Both the position numbers and the translations under genes were made by a program. The notes under the pieces were generated by a model. The model had not been told where the DNA came from. It ran no database searches and saw only the letters and a program-made list of their open reading frames with translations. DNA of 63,204 nt, counting the filler, from Vannella sp. (Eukaryota): assembly GCA_023345925.1 (NCBI GenBank). It is 7 parts of 7 records of this genome, joined end to end, with 100 filler letters (N's around TTAATTAATTAA, not from the genome) between each part and the next. Parts side by side here need not be neighbours in the genome. Positions count along the whole stretch, not along the records: positions 45,387 to 52,619 come from JAJQQN010000651.1; positions 52,720 to 59,967 come from JAJQQN010001028.1; 5 more parts are not named here. The stretch is one strand, 5' to 3'. This document shows, piece by piece, positions 46,648 through 57,399 of this stretch. Each line of letters starts with the position of its first letter. Positions within the stretch are counted from its first letter, which is position 1.

Positions 46648-46980
46648 TCACAGCCGATAACTCCTTAGGATTTCTCAATTTCAAAGAGATTGTATTCCTC
46701 TTGGATGTGGCAGCTTGAGTCAACACTCGCCTCTGACCTGTTTGATATCTTGGGAGGTTGGCTGGATAAAGATCATCCTTTTCACCAGATGTCTCTCACT
46801 TCGTGCTCAGGCAGGGGGAATTCTTGGTTTGACTGAGAAAGTAGCTCCTACTCAGACTCTATTCCGTAAAATGTTGGTTTTGAGGATCCAAACCAGTAGA
46901 ATAGAAGGGGAATCACACTAGATAGAATAGAAGGGCAATAGCTTGATAGAATAGAGTTCAATTCTAACATTTAGGTGTAT

Positions 46981-48976
46981 TCAATCAGCTGACTCATCAA
47001 GAAACTTTTGCCACGTCTCTCGGTTCTGCAGCAGGTTTCCAAGGCAAGGTGCACACTCTGGTCGAAAGTCGACCAGAAGAGAAACAAGTGGTCTAACGAC
47101 ATAATCAATAAAGCTCACTTGCATGCGAGGGAGGCATTCGGCCACTTTCCGATCCATAAAGGGGGAAGGAGGCAGTCCTAACTCTTTCTCTCGATCTCCC
47201 TGAAAGAGAGTTAGTGTCCATCAAATGGATGTAGTCAGAAGAGCAACTCACTTGGAGGTAAAACTCTGCTTGGATCATCTCCGCCCAGTACCGTGATATG
47301 GCAAAAGGCCGAGTTGGATTGGAAACGTCCGCGCATTTGAGGAGCAAATGGCAGAAGCAAGTTCGATGCTCAAAATTGGACTGATCAAAAGTACTCTTAA
47401 TCCCTTCAAACTTGCTGATGACCTCCATTGTCCTTGAAGGGTCGGTTATGAGGATGGAAGAAATCATTATCTGACGGAATTGGCTCCTCTCCGTGCTTGA
47501 AAGACCTTCAATGATGTTCGTAGAAGGATCAGTCAGGATACTCCATGCAGAGGCGCAATGAAAGTTCTCCAATGGACTTTGGTCGTTGTACTCGAGGGAT
47601 AACGCATCTTCGGTAGCAATCAAAAAGGCGTTATTCACTCCCGGATGTCCCAAATCATGAACAAAAGTAGTCACTAGAAGAGCAAATATCTCCACATAGC
47701 TCAACAGCTCCAGAGACTTCCCACTAACAAGGAAGGAGTAGAGTGCTTGGGCGACATCCACGACATGGCGGAAATTGTGATAAGGATTGTTGTGGTAATG
47801 GTTCTTCGTCACTGTAAGGAAAGTCCTATCGCAGTGTCAATGAGGTGGTCCGCTTCAAGGTGAGACGAACCTTAATTTGGTCAAATCGATCCGGAACTTC
47901 TTGACGAGCCCCAGCTCCTCAAACATGGACGCAGAGAAAGCGAGGAGGGAGTCGTAGTTGTTCTTGGTGATATCAAATTGGATGGAAGCTAACGTGGAGA
48001 TCTCTTGCGAAGGAGGCTCCCAATGCGGTTTGTCCTGATCGGGGAGCCTCTCGACGTCCCGGAAACCAAGCTCCTCATGAAGCCATCGCTCTGTCAGTGC
48101 GTCTGCATCTGCAATGATTGCAGAGAGTTGGGGCCGGTACATGTCTGAGGTACGGAGAGTCTGTTTGGCCGTACTTAGAGAACCGAGAGGAGAGAGCTTC
48201 ACACTTACCTGGAGGATATCATGCAAAGAAGCCCTCACTTCCTCAGGAAGCTCACGAACGAGGAGGTCTTCCACTGCCTTCGAGACTCCCAGAATGGGGG
48301 CTTCCACTCGTCCGCCTTCAACTCCTGCGTCATCGTTTCTCCAGGAGTTCATCAAGTGACCCTACATTCGTTAGCAAGAGAATAGACCACTGTGGTCGCT
48401 TACCAGTCCCTTGAGAATACGGTCCTTTCGGTCGCATTCCTCTCTCTCCGTGTTGAGCAGGTCCAGAGTCTTCCTCTCCCGCTTCTTCCTCCATACATTA
48501 GACCAGATATCTTTAACCTGAGCTGCTCGTAGAGGGGCAACAAGGAAGTCGTCAGCACCCTCTGCAAGGCATTGATACGCTGTGGGGGCGTCCTCTGCGT
48601 CCGCAACGATGATAACACACGTATTGGGAGACTTGACACTGACGATCTCCAGGAAGGCAGTGGCATTCTCCTTCATATCAGGAAGAGAGAGGCTCAACAA
48701 CAAGATGTGGATCTGACCGTCCTTCAGCTCGTCCAGTAATTGAGTAGCATTCGTCACCTCTGCTAAATCTTCTCAAGTATTAGTCCATTGGGAACCATGA
48801 GAGGAGAGAGAGAGGGGCTTACTTGTGTAACCCGCTGCCTTCAGCAAACCAACAACACTCACACGGCTGGATTCTTCCGGATCCGCCACCGCAATGCGAA
48901 CCTTGTGGGCAGTTCCCCAATCAAACGAAACTGATACCCGCCCCCGGGTAGACGGGCTTCCTATCGGGGTGTGCAT
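46981..48976 (-). CDS. RegA-type receiver domain plus class I cyclic nucleotide phosphodiesterase, multi-exon
   Basis: Receiver KVRIAVAD..GADDFLVAP..IWSNVWRKK. PDE YHNFRH, HDLGHPGVNNAF, LENFH, ILITD, KCADVSN and EFYLQ|GDRE. Confidence 0.88.
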
Positions 48977-49121
48977 GAAAGTAATCAGAGGGCGGGCGTT
49001 CCTACATGACCCGACGAATCTGGACAAATTATGATAATCGATTTTCCGTTCTAAGAAGAATCAGCTTCGATCGCAGTTTTCACGAAACGATCGATCCAGA
49101 ACCCGATTCAGTTTAGTCGGT

Positions 49122-49994
49122 TTAATATCCCTCCTTTGAAGCAGGGATCATTTTGGTGGTGAAATTGAATACGGCATGGGAAATGGCTTCGGAAACTTGG
49201 TTGATATCTTCATCGCCAAAGAAGTGAACGACCAGGCTGCGCTGGCACTCGATGTAGCCTTCATCACCCACAAAGCCATACTTTGCCATGATCTCTTTGT
49301 GGCGAATGGAGACCTCTGTGAGAAGCCCACGTCCCTTCTCGGAAAGGCTGAGGTTCTTGTTGGTGATGAGAGGGGAAACGTCTTTGGTGAAGTCTTCCCC
49401 AGTCACCACTTCCATCAGTCTGTCGATGATGCGAAGCATCTTTGTCTTGGGGATGGGAGGGGTGGAAGAGTAGTTGATCTTCTGGTTGGGGAAGACGGTC
49501 TTGATCCAGGCGTCCCAGTTGTTTTGGTGGATCGTGAGGATCTCAGAGCCTTCGCGGGTGGTCTTGATAGCCACGTGTAGTGAACGCTTGAACTTATTCA
49601 TGTCTTGGGAGTGCTGGGTGACCACTGCTGTCTTTGCAGTGACCAAGAGTTGAACCATCAGCTGCCATTTGGTTACCAGATCGATGTCTCTCTTTCCCAG
49701 ATCCTCCAGCTGGCCTTTGATAGGTTGTTGGTTGAGCGTAACGTTGTGGAAAGCGTGAAGGATCGAGATAATCTCCTTGTTCGAGAGCTGAGTAAACTTC
49801 GGAGGCGTTTGAACCGGCCCCAAGTCCTCCAGCGTCTTCGCGTTCCCGAACTTGACGTAGCCACGAGTAGGAACCTTCACCAAAGGCACACTTACAACAC
49901 AAAGAGGAGCAATCTGACGCCTCCCCAAAGATCCAGACAAGCGAAGAGCACCCGCGCGCCCCGCTCGGCAACCCCCCAAAGTGGCTCGAAGCAT
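49122..49994 (-). CDS. Probable mitochondrial protein with protein C10 (C12orf57)-like helical repeat(s)
   Basis: Arg/Leu-rich, acid-free presequence MLRATLGGCRAGRAGALRL..RGY. EIMAKYGFVGDEGYIECQRSL..DEDI resembles C10. Confidence 0.5.
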   Translation of the reverse strand: MLRATLGGCRAGRAGALRLSGSLGRRQIAPLCVVSVPLVKVPTRGYVKFGNAKTLEDLGPVQTPPKFTQLSNKEIISILHAFHNVTLNQQPIKGQLEDLGKRDIDLVTKWQLMVQLLVTAKTAVVTQHSQDMNKFKRSLHVAIKTTREGSEILTIHQNNWDAWIKTVFPNQKINYSSTPPIPKTKMLRIIDRLMEVVTGEDFTKDVSPLITNKNLSLSEKGRGLLTEVSIRHKEIMAKYGFVGDEGYIECQRSLVVHFFGDEDINQVSEAISHAVFNFTTKMIPASKEGY

Positions 49995-50058
49995 AGAAAT
50001 GATCAGATCGGGCTTACTCTCAAGCGCACTCTCTTCTATCGAGGTTCTGATCACTCTG

Positions 50059-50898
50059 ATGGATAACTCGTCGACTCTTCCCCTTTGTGTTGGCTTCGCG
50101 GGGGGTTTGTTGGCGGGCTACTTGGTTCTGCGAAGGAGGAGAGTCCTATTTGTAGCAGGAGAAAGCCCAAACCCGGGGTGGCGCGCGCCACAGCGGCAGG
50201 CAGGTCCGTTTGATGCTTCACCAACGATTAGTTTGCTCCCTGTGGAGCTGAAGAGCGCGTATCGCTTCCTTATAAGTGCAGTGGTACCCCGGCCTATTGC
50301 TCTAGTATCTACAGTGAGCAGTAGTGGAGTGGTGAACGTGGGTACGTCTCCTTTTAAGTGAGGAAGTGCCTAACCGCGGAAAGCTCCTTACTCCTACTTC
50401 AATGTGATGTGCCATGACCCTCCTGTGTTAGTGTTTTCTATCAATAATAAGGGACCTGGAGTAGAGAAGGATACTCTGGTGAACATCCGAGAAAACGGAG
50501 AATGTGTGATCAACATCATCTCCTCCTCCTTCGTAGAGGCCGCCAATCACACTTGCGGCAACTTTGACCCACTCACAAGTGAAATGGAAGTCTCTGGCTT
50601 AGATCCCGTAGCTTCTGACCTCGTAACTCCTCCTAGAGTGGGACAATCCGCCATCCAGTTCGAGTGCAAAGTGGCCAATCTCCATCCTCTCCACGCATCA
50701 GGGGAGACTGAGAGTGCCTTGACACAGAAGAGTGTCGTCGTATTCTGCGAGATCGTTAAAGTCCACGTGAAAGAGGATGTCTACGATTCTGAGTCAGGAA
50801 CTGTTCGTCTGGAAGCGTTGGACCCTATTTCTCGCCTTGGAGACATCTCATACGGCCGGAATCGCGACTGGTTCTGTATCCCACGTCCTAAAGTCTAA
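50059..50898 (+). CDS. Flavin reductase-like FMN-binding (flavoredoxin/DIM6-NTAB family) protein, 2 exons
   Basis: VVPRPIALVST, NVAPYSYFN across intron 50342-50383, KDTLVNIRENGECVINI, QFEC and PISRLG. Confidence 0.9.
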
Positions 50899-51242
50899 AA
50901 CGTATCGCAATGCTCGTTCATAAGCCTTCCGCACATGTCTTTCCCTTCCTTCCTCGGGCGGCTCTTCTTCCCACTATTCGCCAAAGAAGCGCTCTTGGTG
51001 TCAATGCGGTAGTATAGAAGGAAGGGAATGGTACTACACGCTTTCTTGTATCTATCAGAAGTGAGTCTGCGCATGGAAGAGGGCGAGAGGGACTTTTCAA
51101 TCGAAGAATGTCAAAGTCGTTTGTGTCCCTCGTCATGCTACTGCTGATCTCTTAGAGACACTACCCTTGATGGTTGTATCTTCCTAAGGGCTTAGATATA
51201 CTCTTCGTCTTCGGTGGTGAGAGATTTGGGTCATTTCTTGGG

Positions 51243-52611
51243 ATGCTGAGGTCGTTTGGGTTGGTCGATCACAAAGCTCTCTCTGTTGGGGTGCTGTTGG
51301 GAAGACTGGGAGGCATGAAGATGTGGAGGGGTTCTGCTCCGTCGTCATTGGATGAGATCAGTCCGGGGATAACGGAGGTCCAAGGCACTTTCATCCCCGC
51401 CCCCATCGACCCCATTGCTGACTCGCACCTGGTACTGCGGACGCCCTTCCAGCGCAACAACTATGTGCGACTTGATAAGCTCCTGTCTAACCTTGGTATC
51501 TCCACTCGCCGCAAGTCCGTGGAGTTCATCAAGAAGAACGAAATCACCATCGCCATTGGTATGGACGAGTATCAGGAGTTTGATCACTCCACCAACACCC
51601 TGGTGACTAAGCAGAAGGAAGTGACGAAGAGAGTGCCGTACCAAACCATCGTGTACCCTCCTGCTGTCCGTTACAATAACGAACCGCTCGAGTATGTTCA
51701 AAAGTAGGTCTTGTGAGCTTGATCAGAAGAGCTCTTCTCACCCTCACGCTTCGCTGATAGGATATCTATCGTTATGAACAAACCACGAGGCTATGTTTGC
51801 TCTCATACTCGCGATGAGCCTGAATCGAAGATTGTCTTCGATCTGTTGCCCGTAAGTCACACTCTGTAAGTCAGAGATGGTACTGATACGTCATAAAACG
51901 AGTAGAAGCAGATCCAGTCACTGAAGCCGAAGCTGTCAGTGGCAGGACGCCTTGATAAATGGGCCAGCGGCCTTTTGATCCTCACCCAGGATGGTGAGTG
52001 AGCTATCAGGAGGACCTCTAAGAGCTTCATTCACTGTACATGCAGGTAAACTAATTAGCAAGATCATTCAGCAGAACATCCACCACAAGCAGTACACAGT
52101 AGAGCTGAAACAGTGAGTTCCCAAAACATCAATTCCCTCCACTTCACTCGTTCAACCAGTTCTCACTCTCCCAAGTGATGCCAAAGGCACAGAACCAGAA
52201 GTATTTGCGTCAGGAGACTTAACGCTGAGGAGTGAGAAGAAAGCCTGCCTCCCCGCCAAGTTAGAGATTTTGGAGCCAAAGTTGGTGCGTGTGGTCCTCC
52301 AAGAGGGAAAGTACCACCAAATCCGCCGTATGGTTGCTGCCACAGGGAACATGTCACTTGGAGTCCATCGGGAGCAAATTGGCGAACTCTCTTTGGAAGG
52401 ATTGGCGCCCGGAACTTGGCGGGATCTCACCAAAGCCGAGTTGGAGCATCTGTGGACGGCTAAACCGCTAGCGAATTGCTCAGAGGAGTTTGTCCACGAA
52501 CCCGTCCGCCAAAAGAAGAAGAAACATCTCCGCAAACGATTCCCGGACCAAGAACCGCTTCCTTCCGATAAGAAGCAGCCCCGTAAGACTAAGGCGACCC
52601 CGCGGAAGTGA
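51243..52611 (+). CDS. RsuA/RluB-family pseudouridine synthase with S4 domain, probably organellar, 5 exons
   Basis: RLDKLLSNLG, MNKPRGYVCS, AGRLDKWASGLLILTQDG and EGKYHQIRRMVAATG. Confidence 0.88.
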
Positions 52612-52619
52612 TTCTCCTC

Positions 52620-52719
52620 NNNNNNNNNNNNNNNNNNNNNNNNNNNNNNNNNNNNNNNNNNNNTTAATTAATTAANNNNNNNNNNNNNNNNNNNNNNNNN
52701 NNNNNNNNNNNNNNNNNNN
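52620..52719. other. Artificial contig linker
   Basis: N44-TTAATTAATTAA-N44. Confidence 0.99.
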
Positions 52720-52781
52720 GTTTCTTTCGTTTTTAGAGTCTCGCAGTATGGATCAAGTTGACCACTTTTCGCTGTTCGGCC

Positions 52782-55700
52782 ATGACAGTCCTTCTTGCTG
52801 AGGATGTTTGCGCCTTCAGACAGATACCAACAGCAACACACACGGTTCGAGTGATCCACACGTTCTTCAATAGCTTCAGCGGGAAGGAGTGCTGCGCGTA
52901 CTTGCAAACGCGCTTCCAATTAAGCCAAAAGGAGGCTTTGGAGTGGGGTACGCTCTTTCTTCAAGGCAACGTCATCATCCCTCTTAACTACCGACTGACC
53001 CCCTCGTTTGAACCGAAGAGCAACTTCATCTACGCATTGGGAGCGGAGGAAACCCAAAACCTCTTCTGGTTGGACTTGAAGGATGATAACGACCCATACG
53101 CAAGCCTTGGTAGTCTCTCATCTATCTCAGCAAGCTTTTGCGATACAGACCGGCCTGACGCCCCTTCTCTTGAGGGCTTAAAAGAGATTCCCTCGATCCC
53201 CGCTCTCCCGTTTGTTGGGAATGCCTTGAGTGTTGCTGGGCCTGGTGACATGAATCGAAGCATGTGTATTCTAGGCCGCCAACTATGTTCCAAGTACGGC
53301 GGTATCTTCCGCCTGTCTCTGATGGGCCACGATTACGTTGTCGTCTCCGATCCCCACTTGGTGGAGGAGGTGTTCTCCTCTCCCAACTTCGGGAAGAAGA
53401 CTGAGACGGACGCTATCTTTAAGGAACTACGCTGCTTTCGAGGAGAAGGGCTCACAACGGTGTCTGATGGAGCTCTCCATGACCAGTGCCAAGGCGCTAT
53501 TGCTCCCCAATTGATCAAACAGTGAGTGCCCTTATACCAGTAGAAGATGGCGCCCTCCTCAACTCTCAAACAGGTGCTTTGAACGGTACACTCCGATTAT
53601 GACGGAAACAATCAATCAGACCTTGAACGAGACCATCGGCCAATCAGCTTCTAATGTGGACATGCGGCAGCTTTGGAAGAAGGTTAGTTAACGCTAACTT
53701 TCACACCTTATCAATTGAAACTGATGTTGCAATGGAACAGTGCACTCTTCGGTCCGTTGGAAAACTTGCAATGGGGATTGACTTGTACGAAGGATCGGAG
53801 TGGAAGGCCTTTACAGAGCATTTGACTTATGTTGCTGATGAGGCTATCAATCGCGTGTTCAAGGGCAGCAAATTCATCCCTCTTAGTCAATTAAGGTTCA
53901 GGAAAGCAGTGAAACACATTCACAAAAGCATCCTCAAAGTGGTCCAGGATCGCCAGCGCCTACTGAACTCAAAAGCTAAAGACCCAGAGACGTATGACTT
54001 GCTCGATGTGATGCTCACTGCACCTTTGTATACTGACTCTACTGGCCGAGGAGTCACCATGTCTAACGAGCTCATCAGAGCCAATTTGACCACAATTCTC
54101 TCCGCTGGTCACTCAACAACCACAAGTATGCTCTCTTGGACCTGCAACTTCTTGTTCGATAGCTCCCTGGGCAACAGCGATTATCGATATCAACTCATCC
54201 AAGAAGTCAGCCAGCTTGCTGGAGAAGACGGTTCATACAAACCTACAGTGGAGGACGTTTACAAGCGTCTTGGATTCATGACTAACGTCTTGAAAGAGTC
54301 ATTGCGGTTGGTGCCGCCAATCCCTACCATTATTCGTCATTGTTTGAGCACTTGCAGCCTCGGGGGATACGGCATCAAGCGTGGAGAAACAGTAATGATC
54401 TCTACAGTGGGAACTCACCTTAATGCTAAGTCCTGGTCCGATCCCGAAACCTTCGACCCATTTAGATTCGACAATCCCCCGCCCTTGCCATGCTCTTTCA
54501 TTCCCTGGGCTGGAGGTGCTCGCCAGTGTATTGGGAGAGAGTTCGCCCTTTTGACAGGGCGCCTCGGTCTCTTTTTGATCCTGAACCAGTACACTTTGGA
54601 GCTCTCCCCAGAAGCACGAGTCCGCGAGGATGAACATCTATTTGTGTTCCCAGAGGGCCTTTTGATGAATATCATCCGTCGCAAAACTCATCGCAAGCTT
54701 GCAACGAGCAGTAGTACTTCAAGTCTACCAGTGACTGTCAGCGAATCCTCTGAACAGGTTCAAAGTGCCATTGCATGGGATGGATTGAAGGCTTTGGTGC
54801 GAGAGTCTGGCCACAAAGTCCATATTGCTATCAGCACCAAAACCGAAGGTGGAAATACTTCCACTGTCTCTCAGGCACTACTTCAGAAGGCCCTTGACTT
54901 TAACTTTCAGACTGGTAACAGCCCTTTGCCTGTGGACGACATTCTCCCCACCTGGACAACACCTCCAGAACAACTTACATTCTTTGGCCTATGCACTTCT
55001 ACCTACCAAGGGAAGCCCCCGCCTAACGGCAAGAAAGCAGCAGCTTGGCTTCAAGACATGTTAGACCGTCTCCAGCAGGGGCAGATTCACCTTGCTGACC
55101 ACTTGAAGAATGTTCGGTACTTTGTCTTTGGGTGCGGCAACCGAAACTGGTCAACCACTTACCAGAAGATTGCCATCTTCTTTGATGAAGGCCTTGCCAA
55201 GTTGGGTGCCAAACGCATCTGTCCTTTAGGTACATTTGATGAATCAAAGGATGACTTGGAGGAGCAGATTGCCGCCTTCTTCAAGGTCATGGGACCTGCT
55301 CTGATGCACTCGCTGCCTGAGATCGGAGATAAGCGTCTTCGTGCAGTAGATGCCTCTTCTATCGCTGAGAAACCTTCGATACAAGCTCAAGTAGCAAGTA
55401 GTGCCCACTCCATGACGATCGTTGGTGATACAGAGACAGGAGAGAGTCCTGCATTCCTCCCCTCTATAGTAGAGAAACCTATCTTCCGATGCCCTATCAG
55501 CAAGATCTTGGATATTACTCCTAACGCCGAGAAGGCCACTCTTCACATCGAGTTCCAAATGCAACCAGGAATGGAATATCGAGCAGGGGATCACTTGGTT
55601 GTGTGCCCAGTAATTCCTCAGGAGGATGTAGAACGAATTATGAGACTGTTCGTCGACTATGATACCACCACAGTGGTCCAGTGGAGCTCTTTCATCAAAC

Positions 55701-56713
55701 AGAACAAGGGGATGAACCGATTCCACCTTCCTCTGGACAGACCAATGACGGTTGGAAACATTCTTTCCAACTTAGTCGATATCAAAGCCATTCCAACGAA
55801 GCAGTTTATTGCCAACTATGCAACCATAGTTAGCAACCCAGAGCATGCAAAGAAACTGCAAACCATCGCTGGTGATGGAATGCAATTCAAGGAATGGCTG
55901 AAATCTTCTACACACAGCGTTATCGACGTGATTGAAGAGTTTCCTCCGAGAGATGATAGATTCGATAGATTACTTGAGATTCTGCCAGTGTTGAAACCTC
56001 GACCTTACTCGATCTCCTCCAGCCCCAAACTTGACTCTACCACAGTGCATTTGTGTGTTGGAGTTGTCGAAGATCGCTTTCCTGGAGGGAAAAGCTACAA
56101 GGGTACTTGCTCTTACTACCTGAAAACAATGATGGAGCGTCCGGTGGAAGAGCGATTTGCGAATGTCTTTTTCGAGAGAGCCGACGAATCCTTTGCCGTT
56201 CCGCAGGATAACAGTCTGCCCATCATCCTCATCTCTGCAGGAACAGGATTTGCCCCCATGCGAGGATTCTTGCAAGGTGAGTACACACAGCATGACTTCT
56301 CGTTTACTAATAAGTTATCAGAGAGAAAGGCGAGGAATTCCTCGGGTGAAGCCTTTGTCTTCTTCGGCTGCCGGTCTGAAGACACTGATTGGCTTTTTGT
56401 TGAAGAACAAAAACAGTACAAGGCAGAAGGGTTCATAACTGATATGTTTGTCGGCTTCTCCCGGTCAAAAGTGTATCCAAGCTCGTACGTGCAAGCCAAG
56501 ATTGCAGAACAAGCTGAACCACTGTGGAACTCCATTCACGAGAAAGGCGCGTTCATTTACATTTGCGGAAGCGGCTCTCGTGTTGGCGCAGGAACCCGCC
56601 AGGCACTGTTGGACATCATTCAAAACCAAGGAAGTCGATCTCAGGAAGAAGCGGAAGAGTATTTGTCACGTCTGGAAGTATCTGGACGCTACCAGCAGGA
56701 TGTGTGGGGATGA
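52782..56713 (+). CDS. Self-sufficient cytochrome P450/NADPH-P450 reductase fusion (CYP102/CYP505-like) with N-terminal DEP-like domain
   Basis: P450 AGHSTT, KESLR, FDPFRF and PWAGGARQCIG. FMN domain YFVFGCGNRNWSTTYQK. FAD/NADPH RPYSISSSP, AGTGFAPMRGF and RYQQDVWG. Introns are 53522-53573, 53683-53740 and 56277-56321. Confidence 0.92.
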
Positions 56714-56886
56714 AGAACTGCCTTCTGACACTTCCACGAGGACTCGTATAAACCATCCCTTTTGCTCTGAGAAATAAGGGCACAGGGGTCAACCAGAGGG
56801 GACACATGAACGTATTCGCATTCCCATTGGCCTGAGACGGAGTCACAGTCAGTCCATTTAAGTCGTTGTCCTGCGAGCCGTGCGGG

Positions 56887-57342
56887 CTAATGGACAGTCT
56901 GGTGGGAACAAGACCTGCTCTTCCTTGGTGCTCTTGTTTGGTGCAACAGCTCTCCCTCAGTATCAAAGGGACTCCCTAGTTGCTTTGTACACCGCAACTG
57001 GTGGTAGCCAACTGCAAGTCCTTCCTTGACCCAAAGCCAGACGATGCCCGCATCCTGAAGTGAATCAGAATCGACAAGCCTCAGCAACTCGGTTCGGAAT
57101 CTCCAGCTCCTGTGCCTAGCTCTTCGCCCAGCATCATTGTATCGGTGACTCCGGTAATGAGCTTGTCGGCAAATCCATCTCCCAGTGAGTCTGTGGTTGC
57201 AAAGCATCGTATCTTTTGCCAGTTCAGGATCCACTCTGACCTCATGCCCTTCCCCTAGTTCCACACCGCCGCCTGCAACTGCGACATAGAGCTTTGGAGG
57301 TAAATCTCCTTCTTTTGTCTCAACGAAAAGTCCGGCCGTCAT
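56887..57342 (-). CDS. Hypothetical protein
   Basis: 151-aa ATG ORF filling the gap between the P450 and Piwi genes; no recognised motif. Confidence 0.35.
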   Translation of the reverse strand: MTAGLFVETKEGDLPPKLYVAVAGGGVELGEGHEVRVDPELAKDTMLCNHRLTGRWICRQAHYRSHRYNDAGRRARHRSWRFRTELLRLVDSDSLQDAGIVWLWVKEGLAVGYHQLRCTKQLGSPFDTEGELLHQTRAPRKSRSCSHQTVH

Positions 57343-57399
57343 TCCAACTCTGAGCTGTATTTCTGCGAGAAGAAGGAGGCGTGAAACCGCTAATCAAAG

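Noticed and set aside
50918..51240. Possible RNase MRP/P RNA (GAAAAGTCCC on the minus strand, 12-nt inverted repeat TTCCCTTCCTTC/GAAGGAAGGGAA)
   Set aside because: There is no convincing complementary P4 3' strand. An Infernal search would be needed, and the evidence is too weak to call.
1379..53525. In-frame stops splitting conserved genes, suggesting a variant genetic code or pseudogenes
   Set aside because: The cases examined are resolved by short GT-AG introns, and TAA, TAG and TGA all occur as true terminators.
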